From the NCBI GenBank assembly GCA_963822555.1, contig CAWGHY010000002.1, positions 2,865,743 through 2,929,742 of the forward strand: a stretch of DNA of 64,000 nt, given 5' to 3'. Origin of the DNA: Terriglobia bacterium. GTDB taxonomy: Bacteria; Acidobacteriota; Terriglobia; Terriglobales; Acidobacteriaceae. Made by a program: the position numbers and the translations under genes. Shown piece by piece: positions 53,406 through 62,060 of the stretch (the first letter of the stretch is position 1; each line of letters opens with the position of its first letter). Below the pieces are notes generated by a model. It made no database searches. It was not told where the DNA came from and saw nothing but the letters and a program-made list of their open reading frames with translations.

Positions 53406-54461
53406 GTGATTTCCCTGAAGAAATATCTGGACGCGGACACAGCTCTGCCTTCCACCAGCGAGCCCGATCCCGTCGAACTTCTCTCGGCGACGCTGGAATC
53501 CTATACCTCGGCGCTCCTGGCTATGGGAAAGAATGGCTTTCGGGCGTGCCCGGCTCTGGGTTCGGAGCTGCAAGAGGGTCTCGCAGGACTAGGAAGGCGT
53601 CTGTCCAAAAAGATCTCTCCTTCTCTTGTGCGGGAAAATGGGAAGCACGTCGAAGAGCAATTGCAGGTGTGGGGTGGCCGCACCGCCGAGTATTTCAAAG
53701 CGAAAACCAATGACGTGAAGGAAATCTTGATCGCCATGGCCCGGACGGCGGAGTCCATCGGCGAACGGGACCAACGGTATTCAAAGCAGCTCACCGACTT
53801 CACAAACCAGTTACAGACCATCGCCAACCTGGATGATCTGGCGCAAATGCGCAAATCACTGGTGCACCGGGCAACTGAACTGAAGAAGTGCGTCGATCAG
53901 ATGGCGCAAGACAGCCACAAGTCCGTGGCCAAATTGCGCGAGGAAGTGTCAACCTACGAAACCAAACTCAAAACCGTCGAGCAGTTGGCCTCGCGTGATC
54001 CCCTGACCGGTCTGGCCAATCGTCGCGGCGTCGAGGAGCGGATTGAATGGCGTATCACCAATGAGCATGTGTTTTGTATCGTCATCCTCGACCTCGACCG
54101 TTTCAAACAAGTCAACGACGTCCACGGACACGTGGCGGGCGACTGCCTGTTGAAGCAGTTTGCCCAGGAGTTGAAATCGAACGTGCGCCCCAATGACATT
54201 GTCGGACGCTGGGGTGGAGATGAATTTATCCTGGTTCTGGACTGCGATCTCTCCGGGGCACGCTCGCAGATCGAGCGCATGCGGAAATGGGTATGCGGCG
54301 ACTATACAATTAAGACCGTTCCCGGGGCCCCTGACATCAGGATCAATCTGGACGTCTCCGTGGGCGCGGCTCAATGGCAAGCGGGTGAAACCGCGGTGCA
54401 GCTCACCCAACGGGCGGATGCGTCCATGTATCGAGAAAAAGAGTTGTCGCGGACGAGATAG
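53406..54461 (+). CDS. Diguanylate cyclase (GGDEF) with N-terminal coiled-coil region
   Basis: GTG start with AGGAG 6 nt upstream. DPLTGLANRR, active-site GGDEF (GRWGGDEFILVL) and an RxxD I-site (RPND) 5 residues upstream. Confidence 0.9.
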   Translation: MISLKKYLDADTALPSTSEPDPVELLSATLESYTSALLAMGKNGFRACPALGSELQEGLAGLGRRLSKKISPSLVRENGKHVEEQLQVWGGRTAEYFKAKTNDVKEILIAMARTAESIGERDQRYSKQLTDFTNQLQTIANLDDLAQMRKSLVHRATELKKCVDQMAQDSHKSVAKLREEVSTYETKLKTVEQLASRDPLTGLANRRGVEERIEWRITNEHVFCIVILDLDRFKQVNDVHGHVAGDCLLKQFAQELKSNVRPNDIVGRWGGDEFILVLDCDLSGARSQIERMRKWVCGDYTIKTVPGAPDIRINLDVSVGAAQWQAGETAVQLTQRADASMYREKELSRTR

Positions 54462-54592
54462 GACGCTGCCCGCCCCCGAGGAGTGGGAATCCCGAGAGCA
54501 TTCTTCCTCCAGCTCAACGGAGAAGGCGCAGGCGACCAAGTTTTACTTCATTCCACGCAGTCCGACGAAGTCTGCGGCGGCCCGTATCTAAC

Positions 54593-56065
54593 TCACTGAC
54601 TCATGGTGATGGACGAAGCGTCATCGACAATCTCTGGGTCCCGGTAGCCAAAAAGCTGGCGGTGCTTGACCATGTGCGCCACCTCGGTGGGCACCATGTG
54701 CTCCCAGGCGGCATCGTTGTCCTTGATTCGTTTCAGTACGTCGCGAGAGAAGATGTGTAGTACGCTTTTGTCGAAGTTGTCGAGTTGCTTGATTCTGCCC
54801 CGTCCCACCAGGTGTCGAAACAGGTTGTGTTGGGCCGCGGGTATTTCCGCATTCTCCACCGTCTTGAGTATGCCCGTGGCGTGGTCGCGCAGGGGATACA
54901 CGTAGATGCGCAGGTCTTTGGTGAATAGCTTTCCGAAGGCCTCGAGGATACCGCCCTCCAGCGCCGTGTAGTATTTTTCGTTGAAAAGGTCCAGCAGGTT
55001 GGCCACGCCCATGGTCACCGCAATCGGTTCCGCCGTATAGCGCGTCAGATATGCCGCCAGGCGATAGTATTCGAAGTAGTCCGAGATCAATACCGTCATA
55101 CCGGCGGCGCCCAGAGCATCCGCTCGCGCCAGAAAGTCACTGAGATCGATCTCGCCATCAGCCAGCAGGTTTCGCATGGTGATTTCCATGAGCTGTACCA
55201 CCTGCTTTTCTCTGACCTCCGGTTCACCGACAAAATGATCGTGCGCGCTCCGGACCATGTCCATATTGACCTTGGTCACGGGGCGAAAGCTGCCTCTCTG
55301 TACCAGGATCGCGTGTTTGCGCAACAACTCGGACGGTTGCAGAACTTCACCCGTAGGTCCAAAGATCGCGGCCCCACTGAGGCCGAGTTGCACCAACTTG
55401 AGGCTCATCACGCGATTGTCGACATGGCGAAACTCAATCCCGGAAAACTCGATCATGTCGATTTCGAGGCGGTCCGTGGTCAGATTGTCCAGCAGCGATT
55501 CCAGCATCAAGTGTGGTTTGTGGTGCAGGAAAAAAGCGGCATAGAGCAGGTTGACTCCCACAATTCCCAGGGCCTCCTGCTGTAGGCCGTTCTCATGGTC
55601 GCGCATTCGGACATGAATAATGACTTGGCTGTCCTCGTCCCGCGGATGGGTCTGGAACTTCACTCCCATCCAACCGTGGCATTCGTTCGTGCCTTGATAG
55701 TTGCGAGCCGCCACGGTGTCGGCGAATGCGAAGAAAGCAGTGCTGCTGCCACGCGATGACTGCAGCCTCTCCATATTCAATCGATGCTCGTGGTCAAGCA
55801 TGCTCTGCAGGCGCTCGCGGGAAACGTAACGCTTGCAGCGCCCGTAAATCGCATCGCTGACGGCCATGTCATATGCCGACATCGACTTTGAGATCGTGCC
55901 GGCAGCGGCGCCCACTTTGAAAAACCAGCGAGCCACCTCCTGTCCGGCCCCGATCTCGGCAAACGTGCCGTAACGGAGCGGGTCGAGGTTGATCTTGAGG
56001 GCTTTCTGGTTGGTGCTCAGTTTCGGACGGTCGTCGGTAAGCGGAGTCTCGATTCGGTTGGTCAT
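54593..56065 (-). CDS. Conserved protein of unknown function
   Basis: 490-aa soluble ORF with a coding-like sequence (KINLDPLRYGTFAEIGAGQEVARWFFKVGAAAGTISKSMSAYDMAVSDAIYG). I recognise this N-terminal block as a widespread uncharacterised family but cannot name it. Confidence 0.78.
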   Translation of the reverse strand: MTNRIETPLTDDRPKLSTNQKALKINLDPLRYGTFAEIGAGQEVARWFFKVGAAAGTISKSMSAYDMAVSDAIYGRCKRYVSRERLQSMLDHEHRLNMERLQSSRGSSTAFFAFADTVAARNYQGTNECHGWMGVKFQTHPRDEDSQVIIHVRMRDHENGLQQEALGIVGVNLLYAAFFLHHKPHLMLESLLDNLTTDRLEIDMIEFSGIEFRHVDNRVMSLKLVQLGLSGAAIFGPTGEVLQPSELLRKHAILVQRGSFRPVTKVNMDMVRSAHDHFVGEPEVREKQVVQLMEITMRNLLADGEIDLSDFLARADALGAAGMTVLISDYFEYYRLAAYLTRYTAEPIAVTMGVANLLDLFNEKYYTALEGGILEAFGKLFTKDLRIYVYPLRDHATGILKTVENAEIPAAQHNLFRHLVGRGRIKQLDNFDKSVLHIFSRDVLKRIKDNDAAWEHMVPTEVAHMVKHRQLFGYRDPEIVDDASSITMSQ

Positions 56066-56094
56066 GATCGGCAGACCGTTGAGTTCGTGCTTAC

Positions 56095-56874
56095 TCAGAA
56101 GCGGTACATCATCGTGAATTCCAGAAATGGAGCGATCGACCTTTGGCTTTTCTGCACCGCGGTGAGCGCCGGATCGGTGGAAGTTATGGTCTGGTGAAGC
56201 GTGTACACGCCTACCGTTTCGCGCCAGAACAGATGCCCGGAGGCAGCTGGCGAAGGCAGATAAAAGCTGAACATCGGACCCTGCTCATCGTTGGTGCATT
56301 GTCCGTCGGGGACGCTGCAACCCTTGGCATCGACGTGCTCGGCGCCCGGTAACTTGTAGTCAACTTGCAAACGCATCGACCATTGAGCCACGCAGTCCTC
56401 GGCAGCACACTCTTTATGGAAATAATCCTTGCCGCCGCCGATCGAAGGGTGGAAGGCCTGTTTGCTGTAGTTGGTCGTCGACAGTTGGCTCCAACCGGCG
56501 CCAGCACCTAAGAACCAACCATCGGTAAAACGGTAATAGGCCGACGACTCAATCCCTCGGTCGTGGCCCTTCAGGTTGTCGGTCGTGTTGTCGTCCGACT
56601 TATGCGCATTGTCATAGGACGCGCTGGCTTCCCAGATCAGATGATTCTGGTCAATCCTCAATCCGGCGCCTACATTGCCGGACGCGGGAGAATAGCCACC
56701 GCCGTTCAACCCCAGGCCGCCGTAGATGAACGGGCGTGGCCAGACAATCTTGGGGAACGAAGGACCGGAGTCAGAGACTGTTGGGGACAGTACGTGGTTC
56801 TGAGCAAATGCTTGCGGCCCTACGATGCTCAACCCAACAATCAGAAGGACCCATGGAATACGCATAAATGTCAT
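56095..56874 (-). CDS. Putative outer-membrane beta-barrel protein
   Basis: Signal peptide MTFMRIPWVLLIVGLSIVGPQAFAQ. Alternating aromatic/Gly beta-strand pattern and a C-terminal aromatic residue (..MMYRF). Confidence 0.68.
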   Translation of the reverse strand: MTFMRIPWVLLIVGLSIVGPQAFAQNHVLSPTVSDSGPSFPKIVWPRPFIYGGLGLNGGGYSPASGNVGAGLRIDQNHLIWEASASYDNAHKSDDNTTDNLKGHDRGIESSAYYRFTDGWFLGAGAGWSQLSTTNYSKQAFHPSIGGGKDYFHKECAAEDCVAQWSMRLQVDYKLPGAEHVDAKGCSVPDGQCTNDEQGPMFSFYLPSPAASGHLFWRETVGVYTLHQTITSTDPALTAVQKSQRSIAPFLEFTMMYRF

Positions 56875-57129
56875 CCTCCAACCCCGGCAAATGTTCTTCT
56901 GATCGAATTGCTGTAGCTCTATCGGTACATTGATTGGGATTCTTCAAGAAACAGCGAGTGGAGTGGCAGGCCTGAATGAGAGCACGATGAGAAAATCTGC
57001 GGATCATTTCGCGGCGCGGTCGCCGACAGGCCCGCGATTCAACGGGGTGCACCGTAACCGCGATTTCCCCAATGGCAAGAAAAATGCAGCGCACTAGGTC
57101 GGTTTCATTACTCTGGCCAGGAGCAAAGC

Positions 57130-58119
57130 ATGACGGTTCAGGAACAGCATCAACGCGGGATTGATCTCTTCAACGAGGGCAGGTACCGGGAAGCGGTAAG
57201 CATTTTCTCCGTTGTTCTCCGGACCGATGACAGCAGCGCAATGTGGAACAATTGGGCCTCGGCGCAGGCCGCTGCGGGAGAATTCGGCGCGGCCGAGAAA
57301 GGCTTTAAGAAAGCGCTTCAGATTGACCCCAGCAACACGCAAGCCTCCAGGAACCTTTCCATACTGATCGACAGCCTGACTGCTCATAACCGTTCGATCA
57401 GCCCGCCGGGGGACGAGCTCTTGCTGAACACCGGGATGTCGGAGGAGATGAAGCGAAACTGGGACTTCGTGGAAAAGCGCGAACTATTGTTTGCCCTGGT
57501 GGGATTCGATTTCGGGCGGGAACCGGAAACCAAGCTGGACGAGATTCGGGCCTTCAAGAAAAACGAGTCGGCTTTTCTACTTAACACTTTGAAATTTACC
57601 AAGAACGATGTGGTGCTGGACCTGGGCAGCGGTTGCGGCTTTATTGCCCGGGTCGTGGCCCCGCTGTGCCGGCAATTGTATTGCCTGGATATCAGCAGCG
57701 AGTTCCTACGGTTTGCGCGCGAAGAACTTACTCAGTTTACGAACGTCGACTTCCATCGCATGCCTTACGGAGACTTGCACTATCTGGACGACAAGAAGAT
57801 CACCAAGGGATACGCCAATGCGGTTTTCATTCACTTTAATTTCTTTGATGTGGTTGTATATCTCCGAGAAATTTATCGCATCCTGGCGCGGGGAGGTCTG
57901 TTCCTGTTCGGACTAAGCAATACCGATTGTCTCGACATTCATACCGACCGCTATTTTTCCCTGGTGTTGAGCAATTACGTCAAAGAACGGACAAGCCCGA
58001 CACTGATGCAGTGGAATTCCGCTCACAGTGTTTGCGCCGTGGCCGGGCAGATTGGTTTTGAGGCGTCGGAGGTTTGGGTGGGGCACGGCAGTGCGATGAT
58101 CCTGCTTCGCAAGCCTTGA
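57130..58119 (+). CDS. TPR-containing class I SAM-dependent methyltransferase
   Basis: N-terminal TPR-like repeats (GIDLFNEGRYREAVSIFSVVLR, EKGFKKALQIDPSN). SAM motif I is VVLDLGSGCGFIA. Confidence 0.8.
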   Translation: MTVQEQHQRGIDLFNEGRYREAVSIFSVVLRTDDSSAMWNNWASAQAAAGEFGAAEKGFKKALQIDPSNTQASRNLSILIDSLTAHNRSISPPGDELLLNTGMSEEMKRNWDFVEKRELLFALVGFDFGREPETKLDEIRAFKKNESAFLLNTLKFTKNDVVLDLGSGCGFIARVVAPLCRQLYCLDISSEFLRFAREELTQFTNVDFHRMPYGDLHYLDDKKITKGYANAVFIHFNFFDVVVYLREIYRILARGGLFLFGLSNTDCLDIHTDRYFSLVLSNYVKERTSPTLMQWNSAHSVCAVAGQIGFEASEVWVGHGSAMILLRKP

Positions 58120-58201
58120 GCCGGCTTCCTAACTAGTCCGGTAAGGCGATATAACTCAGTTCAGTTTCCCGCGAAGCAAAAGCTCTGGGACACGATCAAG
58201 T

Positions 58202-59623
58202 TCATTGGTTGGGGGCTGCTTCGCCTGATTCATTCTCGAGCCGGCTCAACATTTGGTAAATCGTGTTGCGCCCTACGCCCAGTATTTCAGCGGCTCGAGC
58301 TTTGTTTCCTCCCACGTGGCGTAAAACCCGGATCAAATGACGGCGCTGAATTTGTTCCAGGGTCGAAAGGAGTTCGTCTTCCGCCATCACAGGCATGGCA
58401 GGAGTGTGGAAAGCGCCACGCAAATCGTGCAGATCGATCACCGTGCCCATGGTCATCATGCAACCACCGCTGATCACGTTTTCCAGCTCTCGAACATTGC
58501 CGGGCCAGGTGTGGGAATTGAGTTTCGCCTGGGCGCGACGGGTGATTCCGATGATCGTCTTGTTATACAGGGCAGCGAACTTCTCAACAAAATGCCGTTG
58601 CAGGAAAGGCAAATCTTCCATGCGTTGCAGTAAGCGCGGAACCGTGACCTCCACGACCGAAAGCCGGTAAAACAGGTCTTGGCGAAACTGCCCGGCAGAC
58701 ACCATCTTGCGCAGATCACGGTGGGTGGCTGCCACCACCCTGACGTTTACCTTGTGGGGAACAGGAGATCCGACACGTTGGACTTCCTGATTCTGCAGCA
58801 CCCGCAGCAGTTTGGCCTGGGCAGTAAGGGGAAGCTCTCCAACTTCATCAAGGAAGACCGTTCCCCCATTCGCATACTCGAAAATGCCCTGCTTGTCTTG
58901 CGCCGCACCCGTAAACGCACCCCGCACATATCCAAATAACTCGCTTTCCAGCAGGGTTTCCATGAGCGCGGAACAGTTGCAGATCGCGAAGGGACCCATA
59001 CTTACTGGGCTGAGCCGGTGCAGGGCTTTGGCCACGAGTTCCTTTCCGGTTCCCGTGGCTCCGGTTACGAGGACGGTGCGAAAATGAGGGGCCAGCCTGC
59101 GGATCTTACCGAACAGCTCCAACATGAGTGGGCTACGCCCAATCATTCCCTCAAATTTATAGGCGTCGGAAAGACTCTGGTCCAGTTGCAGGGTTTTTTG
59201 CCGCGTGCGCGCATCATCTGACAGGCTTCGAATGCGCCACTGGAGACGGTCAAGCTCGACCCCCTTGACCAAGTAGTCCGCGGCGCCGCGTCGAATCGAG
59301 TCAACCGCGGCCTCGGCCGAATAGGAACTCGCCATGAGGATGAAATCCACTCCGGGATCCACGGCGATTACCTTGTCCAGCAACTCCAGCCCACTCATCT
59401 CCGGCAGTTCGACGTCGGACACAACAACTCGGGGTCGGACTTGCAGTAACCGCCGGAAGGCCAGTTCGGCGGTTTTTTCAATAATCAAGTCGACACGCTC
59501 AGAAGCGAGAGCCCGAACAATACCATCCAGGTATTCTGGCTCTGTTCCAGCGACAAGTAGCTTTAGGTCGATGTCCCTTTGGTTCGATCCCACTAGCTCT
59601 TTTCCTGGTTGTTTGGTTTTCAA
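58202..59623 (-). CDS. Sigma-54-dependent transcriptional activator with atypical receiver domain and Fis-type HTH
   Basis: TTG start. REC-like domain with LLVAGTEP in place of the acidic pair, but with Asp (VVVSDVELPEMSG) and Lys (DYLVKG). AAA+ motifs GATGTGKELVAKALH, GAFTGA and WPGNVRELEN. HTH RAAEILGVGRNTIYQMLSRL. Confidence 0.9.
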   Translation of the reverse strand: MKTKQPGKELVGSNQRDIDLKLLVAGTEPEYLDGIVRALASERVDLIIEKTAELAFRRLLQVRPRVVVSDVELPEMSGLELLDKVIAVDPGVDFILMASSYSAEAAVDSIRRGAADYLVKGVELDRLQWRIRSLSDDARTRQKTLQLDQSLSDAYKFEGMIGRSPLMLELFGKIRRLAPHFRTVLVTGATGTGKELVAKALHRLSPVSMGPFAICNCSALMETLLESELFGYVRGAFTGAAQDKQGIFEYANGGTVFLDEVGELPLTAQAKLLRVLQNQEVQRVGSPVPHKVNVRVVAATHRDLRKMVSAGQFRQDLFYRLSVVEVTVPRLLQRMEDLPFLQRHFVEKFAALYNKTIIGITRRAQAKLNSHTWPGNVRELENVISGGCMMTMGTVIDLHDLRGAFHTPAMPVMAEDELLSTLEQIQRRHLIRVLRHVGGNKARAAEILGVGRNTIYQMLSRLENESGEAAPNQ

Positions 59624-60192
59624 AGATTTGTAATTATTTTTTCACCATGACATGCACTCTGAAAGTTGTCAAGGTAAAGTCGGAAATCGTACCGCGTTAT
59701 TGTGAAACTAATCACTACTTCGAAAAACTTTTCATCAACACAAGTGAAGATAGTCGAAGCGGAATAATAAATAGATAGATGAAGTGTTCGATTTACAAAC
59801 AATGTAGGTCGGAATTCCGACAGGTTAGCGCGACATGAATTCGCGCGTCCGGGAGAAAGCTGCCGCCGGCGTGACTCTCTGCTTTGTTCCCATTTAATCG
59901 ATTTATATCGCTCAAAGCAGCAACGGCACGAGGTGGTTGGCGGTGCCTTCTGGGGCCGTGCGCGGAAAGGCTGGAGCTTATGCAAATCTTATCTTGAGTG
60001 TCGATTTTCCGACGCGAAGCCGGATAGAAAGCCAAAAGCGCAGCCCGCACCACTTCTCATTCTGATTGAAACCAACGTTTCACTTTGTTCAGCTGCCACT
60101 CGTGTCTAGATCCTCCGATGCTGGCGGATAACTTCCTTCGCCAGCTTCGGATCGCACGAACTGCCGCCATGGTTCAACGTCCTTGGCAAAGC

Positions 60193-61371
60193 TTACAGAA
60201 CGATGTGCTCGGGCATGATCTCCCGGCTGTGGCCCGCCAATATACTGGCCCGCTCGATGACATTTCTCATTTCACGAACGTTTCCCGGCCAAGCGTGGGA
60301 CTGCAGAATTTCAAAGGCTTCGGGAGTGACGGCTGCGTTGTGCGGGCAAAACCTGGCCACAAAATGCTGCACCAAAGCGGTCAGATCTTCCATCCTTTCG
60401 CGGAGAGGAGGCAATTCGAGAGGAAAAACCAGGAGTCGGTAGTACAAGTCTTCTCGAAAAGCTTTTTCCCGCGCCAGGCGCCTGAGATCGGCATTGGTGG
60501 CGGCAACTACGCGCGCATCGACGCGAAATGTATCCGTGCTGCCCAACCTTTGTATTTCTCCTTGTTCCAGAAAGCGGAGCAGCTTGGATTGCAGTCCTAT
60601 GGGCAGATCGCCGATTTCGTCCAGGAACAAGGTCCCGCCTTGAGCGGCATGGATTCGGCCAATGCGAGATTGGACAGCGCCGGTGAAAGCTCCTTTCACG
60701 AAACCGAACAGTTCAGCTTCCAGGAGCGCTTCGGGAATAGCCGCACAATTGATGACCACGAACGGCTTCATGCGGCGCGGACTCAGCTGGTGAAGGGCTT
60801 TGGCGATGAGGTCCTTGCCGGTTCCGCTTTCCCCGGTAATGAGGACGGTCGTATCTCTCTGGGCCACGGTATGCACAAGTGAACACAGGCGGCGGACCGA
60901 GGGCGCTGACCCGATGAAGTCGGGCAAGGTCGCACGATACGTACCGGCTCCGCCCGAAAGCGGAGGCACAACGGGTTGTACCCTGAGGGCGCCGCTCTTC
61001 TCGATATCTTGCAGAAGCTGAAAGCTCAGAGAATTTGGCGAGGGCGTTGCCACCATGGGTTGCCCGGTGTGTGGGTTGACCGGGACAACTTCGACCTCGG
61101 GAAATTGGCTGCTCAGGATCTCCTTGAAGTCCTCCACTCTCAAATCCGGTAGCGATGGATCGAGCAAAACAATAGAGGGGGCCGCTGCGTCGATTCTTTC
61201 CAGAGCCTCAGCGCCGCTGGCAGCCTGACGAATGGCCCAGCGCCGGGTGTCGAGCCGCGAAACCAAGTGCGACCTCAAGTTGCTGTTGGGACTGACGACT
61301 AAAATTCCCACCAACAGCGACGGACCAGCATGATGAACAGGGATTTCATTTGCGGCAATAGTACCGAACAT
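60193..61371 (-). CDS. Sigma-54 activator AAA+ protein with degenerate receiver-like N-terminus and no DNA-binding domain
   Basis: GESGTGKDLIAKALH, GAFTGA, RVVAATN and WPGNVREMRNVIERA. The ORF stops 17 aa after the AAA+ lid (..SILAGHSREIMPEHIVL*). No HTH was recognised in any downstream frame. Confidence 0.85.
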   Translation of the reverse strand: MFGTIAANEIPVHHAGPSLLVGILVVSPNSNLRSHLVSRLDTRRWAIRQAASGAEALERIDAAAPSIVLLDPSLPDLRVEDFKEILSSQFPEVEVVPVNPHTGQPMVATPSPNSLSFQLLQDIEKSGALRVQPVVPPLSGGAGTYRATLPDFIGSAPSVRRLCSLVHTVAQRDTTVLITGESGTGKDLIAKALHQLSPRRMKPFVVINCAAIPEALLEAELFGFVKGAFTGAVQSRIGRIHAAQGGTLFLDEIGDLPIGLQSKLLRFLEQGEIQRLGSTDTFRVDARVVAATNADLRRLAREKAFREDLYYRLLVFPLELPPLRERMEDLTALVQHFVARFCPHNAAVTPEAFEILQSHAWPGNVREMRNVIERASILAGHSREIMPEHIVL

Positions 61372-61377
61372 TACACG

Positions 61378-62049
61378 CTACCACCTTTCCTGGATTGGCT
61401 TATGAGCAGCACAAATACGAATCGTAACGGACACTGCAGACCAGTCAACTTCTAACTCTCCCTCGATACTGGCAAGGATGACATCGGCTGTCGCAAGATT
61501 GTTTCTGGCGTCAGCCATGGTGGTTGGCTCCAGCACTGCGTCCGGAAATTCCGCGAGAATTGTGAGTCGGTCGCCGCGTCTCTCGCTTGATACCAGCGCT
61601 GTCTTGCTGGGAGAAGGAATGCTGGAAAAAATCAGATCGAGAGCACGGCTGAATCTCGACCGCGATACTCTGATGACATCGTTCGGCCCAGCGTTCTCCG
61701 AGTCACAGGTTGCTTGCGGGAGAATGGCAGCCCCGCCCATTTGTCTCAAGACTGCGTGGATGCAGGCGCTGGCCGAGAAGCTCTCAATGTCGGTCGAGGG
61801 CTTTGCCAATCCTGTCGCTTCGCGCGTCTCGTTCAGGTATTGGATCGCCCGCGAGGCCTCGCTGAGTACCTGTTCGAGACACTTCCGGTATTCCGCTGCG
61901 CCACTCTCTTCGGCCAGGGTCAAGTCCAGCAGGCCTTGAAGTACTGTCAACGGCTGTGCGATCCGGTGCAGGCCCGAAGATATTGCGGCCGGAATCTTGG
62001 CGCACATTTCTACTCTCGGATTTTCGATTTGTGATTCAGGGGTCGTCAT
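61378..62049 (-). CDS. Histidine-kinase-like protein with H-box but degenerate ATP-binding domain
   Basis: 223-aa ORF, 6 nt upstream of the activator gene. H-box GLHRIAQPLTVLQGLLDLTL. The C-terminal half is laid out like HATPase_c but lacks the N-box Asn and the DxGxG / GxGLG boxes. Confidence 0.62.
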   Translation of the reverse strand: MTTPESQIENPRVEMCAKIPAAISSGLHRIAQPLTVLQGLLDLTLAEESGAAEYRKCLEQVLSEASRAIQYLNETREATGLAKPSTDIESFSASACIHAVLRQMGGAAILPQATCDSENAGPNDVIRVSRSRFSRALDLIFSSIPSPSKTALVSSERRGDRLTILAEFPDAVLEPTTMADARNNLATADVILASIEGELEVDWSAVSVTIRICAAHKPIQERW

Positions 62050-62060
62050 GGCAGTCGATT

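Noticed and set aside
59620-59985. 121-aa minus-strand ORF, and a 43-codon plus-strand ORF (59647-59778), in the AT-rich spacer
   Set aside because: The 121-aa ORF has a Cys/Arg-rich, non-protein-like N-terminal half. Its 3' end overlaps the start codon of the downstream activator gene by only 4 nt, so nearly all of it lies in the spacer. The short plus-strand ORF has no ribosome-binding site. Neither can be supported from sequence alone.
60061-60192. Possible frameshifted HTH remnant downstream of the truncated sigma-54 activator
   Set aside because: I translated all three downstream frames. Only a weak ..HGGSSCDPKLAKEVIRQHRRI* stretch appears, and it does not match the Fis-type pattern (GN..xAAxxLGIxRxTLxxK).
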